Origin: an uncultured Clostridia bacterium
Lineage (GTDB): Bacteria; Bacillota; Clostridia; TANB77; CAG-508
Assembly: GCA_944391745.1 (NCBI GenBank)
Contig: CALXUS010000010.1
Location: 339-64,338, forward strand
Direction of reading: 5' to 3'
Length of the DNA stretch: 64,000 nt
The notes under the pieces are model-generated. The model did no database searches. It was not told the origin of the DNA and saw only the letters and a program-made list of their open reading frames with translations. The translations under genes were made by a program, and so were the position numbers. Below, one piece after another: positions 56,951 to 64,000 of the stretch (position 1 is the first letter of the stretch; each line of letters opens with the position of its first letter).

Positions 56951-57862
56951 TTAGTCATCAAGTAAGCCCTGTTTTTTAAGGAGTTTTTTGATGCTATCAG
57001 ATTCGACCAAAATCTGATACTCCTTGTTCTCGGACCAGTATTTGACGACCAACTTTACGAACTTGAATGCGGCCTTCGCTTCGGACATGCTGTCGAAGAG
57101 GAAGATATCCTCTGCAGTCATCTCCTCGATGAGTTCAACATCTGTTGCATCCTCGAGGGTTGTTCCATCTTTCGGCACTGCAGAAATGCATGTACCAAAA
57201 CTGGGCAATTCGCCCTGGAAGTCAGGAGCGACAAGGTAGATGCAACTGTTTTCGATTTCCTTGAGTTGCTTTTCGATTTCAGTTTTCTTTTCTTTCCACC
57301 TTGCTAACTCCTCCTTGCTGGAGCCGAGCTTTTGACTTGCTTCGTCAAAGCTCTTTTTTGCTACTCCTTGCCGGCTTTTGGCATCTTGCAGATTTTTCTC
57401 TGCTTGAGATACCATCTGGTTTGCTTCATCAAGCTTTTTCTGCTCGATTTCAGCAAGCTGTTTTTTGGCTTCGATTGTTGAAGTCACTGCTTCAATCTGC
57501 ACTTCAGCTTCCTGAAGTTTGTTTTGAAGCTTTGATACTTCAAGCATTCTTGCATCTAACAAGAGGCTTCCCTCCTTCTCTTGACTCGATGTTTCCGAAT
57601 TTCTTCTTGGCGTTGCCTTTCTTTGCATTTTTTCCTTCAAAGAGGCATTCCGCCTGCTAGCCGTCTTAAGGCGGCTAAATTCCTTCGGTCCTACCTTCTC
57701 TCTAATTAAAGCAGCGAGCTGGTCCTCTGTTAGACCATACTCAGGTGCCATCTCAGAGAAAGTCATCTTCTTCTCCAAAATGGAGCCGAAGATTGTCTGT
57801 GCGCTCAGTCGCCGAGCATCTCCGGTGTAAAGGTTTGCGTTCGTACTCATGATTTTCCCCAT
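56951..57862 (-). CDS. hypothetical protein (possible N-terminal HTH, central coiled coil, C-terminal globular domain)
   Basis: 303 aa. AAGGAGG Shine-Dalgarno 9 nt before the ATG. A 60-nt sample (57301-57360) is 28/60 G+C, compared with 13/60 at 58021-58080. Confidence 0.7.
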   Translation of the reverse strand: MGKIMSTNANLYTGDARRLSAQTIFGSILEKKMTFSEMAPEYGLTEDQLAALIREKVGPKEFSRLKTASRRNASLKEKMQRKATPRRNSETSSQEKEGSLLLDARMLEVSKLQNKLQEAEVQIEAVTSTIEAKKQLAEIEQKKLDEANQMVSQAEKNLQDAKSRQGVAKKSFDEASQKLGSSKEELARWKEKKTEIEKQLKEIENSCIYLVAPDFQGELPSFGTCISAVPKDGTTLEDATDVELIEEMTAEDIFLFDSMSEAKAAFKFVKLVVKYWSENKEYQILVESDSIKKLLKKQGLLDD

Positions 57863-57903
57863 AATTCAAAACCTCCTTATAAAGGGAATGCGTACTATAA
57901 ATT

Positions 57904-57932
57904 ATTATATCATAAATCCATTGATATTTCAA
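57904..57932 (-). promoter_or_regulatory. near-consensus promoter of the 303-aa gene
   Basis: Minus strand reads TTGAAA (57932-57927), 17 nt, TGA-TATAAT (57909-57904). Confidence 0.6.
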
Positions 57933-57963
57933 GTTTATGTTAATTAATGTGGTAAAAAGCTGT

Positions 57964-58329
57964 TTAATCATTTATTCCTTGAGATTTCATTAATTGTTCT
58001 TGATAATATCTTATCTCTCTTCTACATATATTTTGTCTTGTAACTTCTTCGTCATATTTTTTCTTTAATATTTCTATTTCTTCATTAGCTATTTTTACAA
58101 ATATACTTAATTGATCATCAGTTAATATATTTAAATTAATTTGATTGTTTTTTATTTTATTATATAATTCAAGAATTTCTTGCTTATTTTTTAAATTACT
58201 ATTAACATTTTCTTCAGTAATCGTTTCATCTATTTTTCTTTTTTTCATAAATTTATGTATAAAGTCATAAAATTTTCTTTTTATTTTATTCATAAATGAA
58301 TTTTCTTTTATTAAACTAGTTTCATTCAT
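57964..58329 (-). CDS. hypothetical coiled-coil protein (121 aa)
   Basis: GAGG Shine-Dalgarno. Starts 11 nt after the stop of the 454-aa gene. Confidence 0.55.
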   Translation of the reverse strand: MNETSLIKENSFMNKIKRKFYDFIHKFMKKRKIDETITEENVNSNLKNKQEILELYNKIKNNQINLNILTDDQLSIFVKIANEEIEILKKKYDEEVTRQNICRREIRYYQEQLMKSQGIND

Positions 58330-58340
58330 TTTAACCTCTT

Positions 58341-59705
58341 TTATTTATCTAAATTTTCAAATTTTTCTTGTGTATTTTCCAATTTTTCTATTGCTTCAAT
58401 AAGTTGTTGTTTAGTGTTTTCATCTTCTTTATTTTGAGCTCTAATATTTCTTAACATTGTATTTAGTCTTTTTATTTCAGCAGTTAAATCAATTATTTCT
58501 TGTAATAATTTTTTTCTATTATTATCTCCCTGATTTATTTCAGGAATGTAACTATTTGTACCATTTTTTTCTTTGGTTTGTTCTATTCTTCCTGTATATT
58601 CTCTATTCTTTTCTCTATTTTTCCTAATAGGTATTCTATCATCTAAACCAAAACCAGCAAAATATTCTCTACCAATTGATGCATTGAATTTAGTTTTAAT
58701 CCTTCTATAGTAGTTAATTTCATTATAATTAATTTCTCCTGAATCGTCTAAAAATTTTCCTCTTGTTTTTGCAGTATGATTTACAACTTTAATTCTTTCA
58801 TCTACATCTCTAGCAAATTCCCTAACTTCGCTTTTTGATATACTTAAAAGATCTAATACAAATTCTTTTGGCACTATATATGTTGCATCTGTTCCTTGAC
58901 TAATTGTTAATTTTCCATCTCTATTCTTTTTAAAAAACTTTTCTACTATAACAGAATCTAAGTCTGGAACTTCTATTACACAATATTCTGAAAATTTACC
59001 TTGCCCTTTCCTTATTTTCATACCTGGAAATTCTTTTTTAAAAAATTCTAATCTATGAAATGGTGATAAATAAAATGGTATATCTTCTTCTTCTGATTTA
59101 TTAGTACCATTTCCATTTTCTCTAGGTCCTCTTTTTATATTTGTTTCATGTTCTGGGAATAAAGTGCCTTCTAATTCTTCTGTAGCAATTTCTTTAGATA
59201 ATGAAACAAATAATTCATATTCATTTATTGGGTCTATATTTTTTTGAGATAATATGTCATTTACATCTTTAATAGCCTGTGATGGTTTTTCTTCCCCTTT
59301 TTCTACTTTAAGTGCTTTAATATGTATTAACTCATTTCTTATAGATTTTAATTCTTCACTACTTGACTGTTCTATTTCTGCAATTTTTTCTCTATCTTGT
59401 ATAAAACTTATACTACTAATAATTGTATCTTCAGCAGCTTGTAAATTATCTTCTTTTTCATATATTTTTGCAACTTCTACACAAAAATCATAAAAACTAA
59501 CTGGAATATTTTTATTAACTCTAAAATAATAGTTTCTAACATTTTTAAATAAAGCTTTAGCTTCACTTTCATAAGTTTGCAAGCTATTTTCTTCTTTTAA
59601 TCTTTCTAAAAAACTTTCTATTAACTTTATAGTTTTATTTTCTTTTTTTCTAGTTAATTGTAACGATATTTGCTTTTTTATATTTTTAATTTCTAAATTA
59701 TCCAT
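58341..59705 (-). CDS. hypothetical protein (454 aa)
   Basis: AAGGAG Shine-Dalgarno. Helical N-terminal and C-terminal parts flank a central mixed domain. No family recognised. Confidence 0.65.
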   Translation of the reverse strand: MDNLEIKNIKKQISLQLTRKKENKTIKLIESFLERLKEENSLQTYESEAKALFKNVRNYYFRVNKNIPVSFYDFCVEVAKIYEKEDNLQAAEDTIISSISFIQDREKIAEIEQSSSEELKSIRNELIHIKALKVEKGEEKPSQAIKDVNDILSQKNIDPINEYELFVSLSKEIATEELEGTLFPEHETNIKRGPRENGNGTNKSEEEDIPFYLSPFHRLEFFKKEFPGMKIRKGQGKFSEYCVIEVPDLDSVIVEKFFKKNRDGKLTISQGTDATYIVPKEFVLDLLSISKSEVREFARDVDERIKVVNHTAKTRGKFLDDSGEINYNEINYYRRIKTKFNASIGREYFAGFGLDDRIPIRKNREKNREYTGRIEQTKEKNGTNSYIPEINQGDNNRKKLLQEIIDLTAEIKRLNTMLRNIRAQNKEDENTKQQLIEAIEKLENTQEKFENLDK

Positions 59706-59723
59706 TTTTACTCCTTTTAAAAA

Positions 59724-59756
59724 TGTGGGAGACCAGACATTTGCCAGTCTCCCATG
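59724..59756 (-). terminator. terminator of the 100-aa gene
   Basis: Minus strand reads TGGGAGAC-(13 nt)-GTCTCCCA followed by CATTTTTAAAAGG. Confidence 0.6.
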
Positions 59757-59759
59757 AGG

Positions 59760-60062
59760 TTAACCGTTAATTTTCTCTACCAACTGTTGAAATACACCGA
59801 ATACTCCATCATTTTTTGTCATCCCAATAATATAAGGGATATTATTATACTCTTTTTTGATGGTTTCTTCGAGCTCTTCTTCATTTTTACTTTTAGACAA
59901 TTTTTTTAATACGGTAATCATCCTTTCAGTTTCAATCCTTGTAAGCCAAAAACCTTCTGAAATTTCGACTGTGCTTGATTCGGAATCGCTATCCAATGCT
60001 TTAATGCACACATTATGTAACTTAGAGAGCAATTCCAAATTTTGCTCAAACTTGTTGTTCAT
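59760..60062 (-). CDS. hypothetical protein (100 aa)
   Basis: AAGGAGG Shine-Dalgarno 7 nt before the ATG. Has its own promoter and terminator. G+C is intermediate (hand samples 25-42%). Confidence 0.6.
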   Translation of the reverse strand: MNNKFEQNLELLSKLHNVCIKALDSDSESSTVEISEGFWLTRIETERMITVLKKLSKSKNEEELEETIKKEYNNIPYIIGMTKNDGVFGVFQQLVEKING

Positions 60063-60095
60063 TTATTAACCTCCTTTGTGCATTAGCATAACAAT

Positions 60096-60124
60096 ATTAT
60101 ATCATATTTTTTAAATTATGTCTA
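60096..60124 (-). promoter_or_regulatory. candidate promoter of the 100-aa gene
   Basis: Minus strand reads TAGACA (60124-60119), 17 nt, TGA-TATAAT (60101-60096). Confidence 0.5.
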
Positions 60125-60143
60125 CTGTTATTATTTCTTGTAT

Positions 60144-60554
60144 TTACATACCAAATTCTTTTATGAAACCAACTATGTCACTATTAACTTTTTGAATTCT
60201 AGGATCATTTAATAAATCTTCATATAAAAACCATTTATATTTTACATTATTAACTATAAAATCTTCAGTACTAAGATCTTTTAGTAATTCTACATTATAA
60301 AAATAATGAATATATTCTTTTTCTATTTTTGCACTCTCTGAAAATTTTCTATGTTTTTTATATCCTACTAATGAAATTTTTATAAAATCAGTATCTATAT
60401 TTAATTTATCTGATATATATTTTTGTACGATTACACTATCATCCCCATAAGGTAATTTACAATTCAAAAATAAATAACTATTCCATTTTTCGTCAAAATA
60501 TTGTAAATATCTATCTTTTTTGTCTTTTATTACTATTATTGAGTGTATTCCCAT
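60144..60554 (-). CDS. hypothetical protein, possibly a Nudix-like fold lacking the Nudix box
   Basis: 136 aa from ATG 60554 (GGAG 7 nt upstream). The strand/helix pattern IHSIIVIKD..YLQYFDEKWNSYLF...YIHYFYNV...KWFLYEDL is reminiscent of Nudix, but there is no GX5EX7REUXEEXGU box. Confidence 0.5.
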   Translation of the reverse strand: MGIHSIIVIKDKKDRYLQYFDEKWNSYLFLNCKLPYGDDSVIVQKYISDKLNIDTDFIKISLVGYKKHRKFSESAKIEKEYIHYFYNVELLKDLSTEDFIVNNVKYKWFLYEDLLNDPRIQKVNSDIVGFIKEFGM

Positions 60555-60597
60555 ATTTTTCTCCATAATTTTTATTTTCTAACATTTTTATGACATC

Positions 60598-60626
60598 ATT
60601 ATAATCTTTATCTATATTATATTCAA
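60598..60626 (-). promoter_or_regulatory. candidate promoter of the Nudix-like gene
   Basis: Minus strand reads TTGAAT (60626-60621), 17 nt, TATAAT (60603-60598). Confidence 0.45.
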
Positions 60627-60665
60627 CATATTAAATATAAATTTTTTTATATTTAATTACTACTC

Positions 60666-61346
60666 TTAGTCTTCAGTTTTTAAATCATAAAATGATTTCC
60701 AATTTTCTTGATTAATAATGACTTCTGTATTTAAATTCATTCTTTTTGAAAAACTCTTTATTGCTTTAAATATTTTTATTGTAAAATAATATTCTTCTAA
60801 TTCTTTTAAATTTATATTTTTATCACAGTCAAAATATATTTTTAATTTTTTATCATCTATTTCTACATTTATATCATTTATGAATTGATATTGTCTATTT
60901 CCTAGTACCTTACATCCTTCAGGGCTTATTCTAGTTTTCTTAACATCTAATTTATCTGCTAATATTAATGTAAGTGTCATAACATTATCAGTATCAAACC
61001 CATTGCTATGATTTCTTATAGCTTCTAAAACCATATCTTTGTACTTTAATTGAATATTATTATTTTCAAAATAATTTTTTGCATATTCATAACTTCTAAT
61101 TGGATGATTTTCTTTTCCTTGTAAACAACCTGTATCATGTAAAATTGCGGCTACTTGAGCTTCATCTATTAGGTCTTCATCATATTTTAATGCTTCCAAT
61201 AATTCTTTAACAAGATTTGCCACATTAATAACATGATTATAGTCATGATAAGCTCTTCTTTTTTCTAAATCTTCTTTTTTATGTATTTCATCATAAATGT
61301 CTATTATACTTTTATCATTTTTGATTAAATTAAATAAATTACTCAT
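60666..61346 (-). CDS. HD domain-containing phosphohydrolase
   Basis: HDYNHVINV...AAILHDTG...IRNHS...LADKLD matches the H..HD..H..D arrangement. Start placed at ATG 61346 (AGGGG upstream). The track start is TTG. Confidence 0.75.
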   Translation of the reverse strand: MSNLFNLIKNDKSIIDIYDEIHKKEDLEKRRAYHDYNHVINVANLVKELLEALKYDEDLIDEAQVAAILHDTGCLQGKENHPIRSYEYAKNYFENNNIQLKYKDMVLEAIRNHSNGFDTDNVMTLTLILADKLDVKKTRISPEGCKVLGNRQYQFINDINVEIDDKKLKIYFDCDKNINLKELEEYYFTIKIFKAIKSFSKRMNLNTEVIINQENWKSFYDLKTED

Positions 61347-61404
61347 TTTATTTACCCCTATTTTTCGCAATTTTGTTTACTTAATTTATATTGCTCCATC
61401 TTTT

Positions 61405-62622
61405 TTAAAGATATTTTTCATTATATTGTTTAATATCATTAATTTTGTTAACTCTTTCATAAGATTGCAATCCATTTTCTAGCTTATAATATTTTGTAGT
61501 ACCATCTTTTTCACTTACTTCAATGGCAATCTTTCTTATCAATTGTGGAGTATTTTCTGAGACAAAACTATAATTTTTTAAGCTACTAGCAAATTCTTTA
61601 TCATTAGATACTGAAATTATATATTTTATTATTGCTAAATAATCATAAGTAGAAGGTCTTCCTATAGTTTTTAAACATCTTACTCTATTTAAAATATTTT
61701 CTACCTTTTCAGAATTATTATCTCCTTCTAAACTATTTGCTAATTCCTTTATATGTTCATCTGTATATTCGCCGCCAAACTCTGCTAAATAACCTATTTG
61801 TTCATCCAATTTTCTTATTTCATCCTCATCTAATTCTCTATAACTATAATTATCCGCTTCAGCCATTTTTAAGTCATGTCCATTTTTTATGAATTTTTCT
61901 TTTGATAATCCAAAATTTTTTGATTTCATTCCAAACTTCATTCTTACTGAATCTTGAGTTGGATCTGCTAGCAAATTTTCTGTTGAAACTGGTTCTAGCA
62001 TAACATAATCGTGTTCTACTTCTGATAATACTGTACTTTGCAAATTTTCTCTATAACATAAATAGTCTAGGCTTGCAGCAAAAGATGCACATATTCCCCA
62101 ATTTAAATACATTGCTTTAAATATATTTTTTGCACATTCTTCATGCATACCACTATATTGACCATAAGTTAAAGTACTTATGTCATAAGATAACATCTGA
62201 CATATTTTATTATATAAATATTTGTATTTTAGTAAATCTGTCCATTCATTTTTTATCCCTGATAAAATTCCTTCAAATATTTTTTCTCCTTCAAAAAATT
62301 CTTTACAACTCATTGGTATTATTTGTTTTGTACCAGCTTTTTCCGTTTTTAATCTCACTTTAAAATCTGGAGCTAATTTTGATAAAATTTGCATTGTTCT
62401 AGTTTTAGGTATATAACTACTAGTTACAATCGGAGAAATATATTGTTTTAGGTTTTTCAATATATATATTAATTCATCTTCTTGAATCATATCTATATTT
62501 TCTAAAATGGAATTTCTTATTATAATTCTACCATTTTTCTTTATATTAACCAGTCCCTGAAAAGGAGTTAGTTGTGGTAGTGTTTCATTTTTGTCTAAAT
62601 CTATAAAAACTTTATTGTTCAT
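61405..62622 (-). CDS. transglutaminase-like cysteine protease-fold protein
   Basis: WGICASFAASLDYLC ... EHDYVMLE ... LADPTQD matches the order and spacing of the Cys-His-Asp transglutaminase-like core. Start placed at ATG 62622 (GGGAG 8 nt upstream). Confidence 0.6.
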   Translation of the reverse strand: MNNKVFIDLDKNETLPQLTPFQGLVNIKKNGRIIIRNSILENIDMIQEDELIYILKNLKQYISPIVTSSYIPKTRTMQILSKLAPDFKVRLKTEKAGTKQIIPMSCKEFFEGEKIFEGILSGIKNEWTDLLKYKYLYNKICQMLSYDISTLTYGQYSGMHEECAKNIFKAMYLNWGICASFAASLDYLCYRENLQSTVLSEVEHDYVMLEPVSTENLLADPTQDSVRMKFGMKSKNFGLSKEKFIKNGHDLKMAEADNYSYRELDEDEIRKLDEQIGYLAEFGGEYTDEHIKELANSLEGDNNSEKVENILNRVRCLKTIGRPSTYDYLAIIKYIISVSNDKEFASSLKNYSFVSENTPQLIRKIAIEVSEKDGTTKYYKLENGLQSYERVNKINDIKQYNEKYL

Positions 62623-62704
62623 AATTAATTCTCCCACATTATAATTGATATTATACCATATTTCTCGGCTTTTTCTATATTATTTATCTATTTATTTAAA
62701 ATTA

Positions 62705-62734
62705 TTGATTTTATCAGTTTCCTATTGATATAAT
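62705..62734 (+). promoter_or_regulatory. candidate promoter of the terminal membrane-protein gene
   Basis: TTGATT (62705-62710), 18 nt, TGA-TATAAT (62726-62734). Confidence 0.45.
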
Positions 62735-62794
62735 TTATATGAAGCTTATAAATGAACAGCTTTAATTAACTTTAATAAATAAAGGGGATAAAAA

Positions 62795-64000
62795 ATGAAA
62801 ATTAAAAATATTTTTATATGTATTTTAAACATAATCGAAGTTTTAATACTTGCTTTATTAACAGAAACTATTCTAGATTATATTCATATATATAGTTTGT
62901 ACATGTTTATGTTGAGAGTAGTTTGGTATATTACTGGTTTAATTAATTTAATTTACGGAATTATTAATATAAAAAAGAAAAAAACTGCCATTGGCATACT
63001 TTTTATAATAATTGGAGTAATTACTTTAGCTACAATTTTAATTAATCACACAGAATTGGTTCTTGATTTTGATTACGAAATACCTGTAATACTAAATTAT
63101 GTAATATTAGCCATCTCTGGAATATTGAGTATTGTAATTTTAATTTTAAATAGAAAGTCTGAAAATGATAAAAAGAATAAAGTTGTTTTGGCATTTTCTA
63201 TAGTATTAACAATAATAAATATATTTTTGATTTCATTTATAAGTGTTATTCATTTTTCTAATGTCAATAATTTTCAAGAATACATTGCGGGAATTAAATC
63301 CGAAGATAATCAAACAACTTATATACTTAAAGATATTAACGAATGTTCATTTTTGGATGAAAATGGACAAGTAATATCTCAAACAGATTGTGAATATGTA
63401 GCTACATTTTTAAAGTTTAATATTAATGGTATTGAAACAAACATTATTAATTTAAGTATTGACGACACAGAAGTATTAACTAACAATAGAGGTGACGAAC
63501 TATTCAGATTAAAAACTGGTATACCAATTAATAATATATCGATATCTATTCCAAATTTAACAGATGATGATAGTATATTTAGTAATGGTACAACATTGAT
63601 TAGCTTTTTATATTATATTGCCGATACTGGTAAATATGATTTTGAAAGGACTAATACTTATAGTATCTCTTATGAGAATATCGATTTTAGCTATAATGCC
63701 TTAAATAAATATGACGAGAGAGATAATCAATTTGAAGATAATCCTAATTGCACATATTTGTATTTTAAAAATGAAGATTTTTCAAATTTTACTTTGCAAG
63801 TTGTTATAAATAATGGAGTAGAATCTGCTGATAATGACATTTTAAATTTTTATTCAGAGAATTGTGGATATATCCAATATATTGATTATACTAAAATGGA
63901 TGATTTCTACAATTACCAAAAAGAATTTTATTTAATAGATTTTCATGGTAATACCAGAGTAAAGCTAGACTGCAATAATTTGTTTTATGAAGCACTAAAT
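62795..64000 (+). CDS. membrane protein with large C-terminal extracytoplasmic domain (3' end outside the window)
   Basis: Absent from the track because there is no stop in the window. AGGGG Shine-Dalgarno. Hand translation gives MKIKNIFICILNIIEVLILALL..., 402 sense codons to position 64000, with about 5 TM helices followed by an N/D/Y-rich soluble region. Confidence 0.6.
   Translation, partial: MKIKNIFICILNIIEVLILALLTETILDYIHIYSLYMFMLRVVWYITGLINLIYGIINIKKKKTAIGILFIIIGVITLATILINHTELVLDFDYEIPVILNYVILAISGILSIVILILNRKSENDKKNKVVLAFSIVLTIINIFLISFISVIHFSNVNNFQEYIAGIKSEDNQTTYILKDINECSFLDENGQVISQTDCEYVATFLKFNINGIETNIINLSIDDTEVLTNNRGDELFRLKTGIPINNISISIPNLTDDDSIFSNGTTLISFLYYIADTGKYDFERTNTYSISYENIDFSYNALNKYDERDNQFEDNPNCTYLYFKNEDFSNFTLQVVINNGVESADNDILNFYSENCGYIQYIDYTKMDDFYNYQKEFYLIDFHGNTRVKLDCNNLFYEALN

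Noticed and set aside
57753-57971. Track ORF 57753..57971 (-), 72 aa
   Set aside because: It overlaps the 5' end, Shine-Dalgarno and promoter of the 303-aa gene in another frame, and it has no ribosome-binding site.
58341-59705. PD-(D/E)xK nuclease motif in the 454-aa protein (VIEVPDLDSVIVEKF)
   Set aside because: The spacing and the E-K (rather than E-x-K) arrangement do not fit the motif, and there is no supporting secondary-structure context.
56889-62637. Interpretation of the 56.9-62.6 kb region as a prophage or ICE remnant
   Set aside because: No integrase, terminase, portal, capsid, tail, relaxase or T4SS signatures are present, and no att-like repeats were seen. I only describe it as accessory or horizontally influenced.

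Overview
Very AT-rich chromosome segment. Hand-counted 60-nt samples of native coding DNA give about 22-27% G+C. The source looks like a spore-forming, Clostridia-like Firmicute (gpr, sleB, asp23/amaP, fhs, ftsEX plus M23 peptidases). I support 68 protein-coding genes, two of them truncated by the window edges and about 90% on the minus strand. I also support one tRNA operon (Val-Asp-Phe) and a set of sigma-A-like promoters and intrinsic terminators. I saw no rRNA, CRISPR array, transposase, integrase or phage structural gene. Positions 1-47.8 kb are mostly core housekeeping: rluA-like, gpr, holA, ruvC, glycogen debranching enzyme, yvcK, murB, tdk, lexA, obg, trpS, mutS, miaB, rpmE/rpmF, ftsEX-M23-M23-S41, tex, a MarR plus heterodimeric ABC exporter, sleB, fhs, xseAB, nusB and asp23. 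Positions 47.9-64 kb are accessory and largely unassignable. Items worth a second look: (1) A perfect 32-bp inverted repeat with nested alternating octamers sits in the leader of the ABC exporter operon. (2) 57.9-62.6 kb holds a run of orphan genes: a transglutaminase-like Cys-His-Asp protein, an HD protein, a degenerate Nudix-like protein and coiled-coil proteins. (3) Several single-gene cassettes have markedly higher G+C (33-47%), each with its own near-consensus promoter and G+C-rich terminator, two of them beside the tRNA cluster. (4) Two diverged paralogous small-protein genes have promoter/leader DNA that is better conserved than their coding sequence. No known defence or biosynthetic system could be named from sequence alone. 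All functional calls come from motif recognition by eye and need database confirmation.
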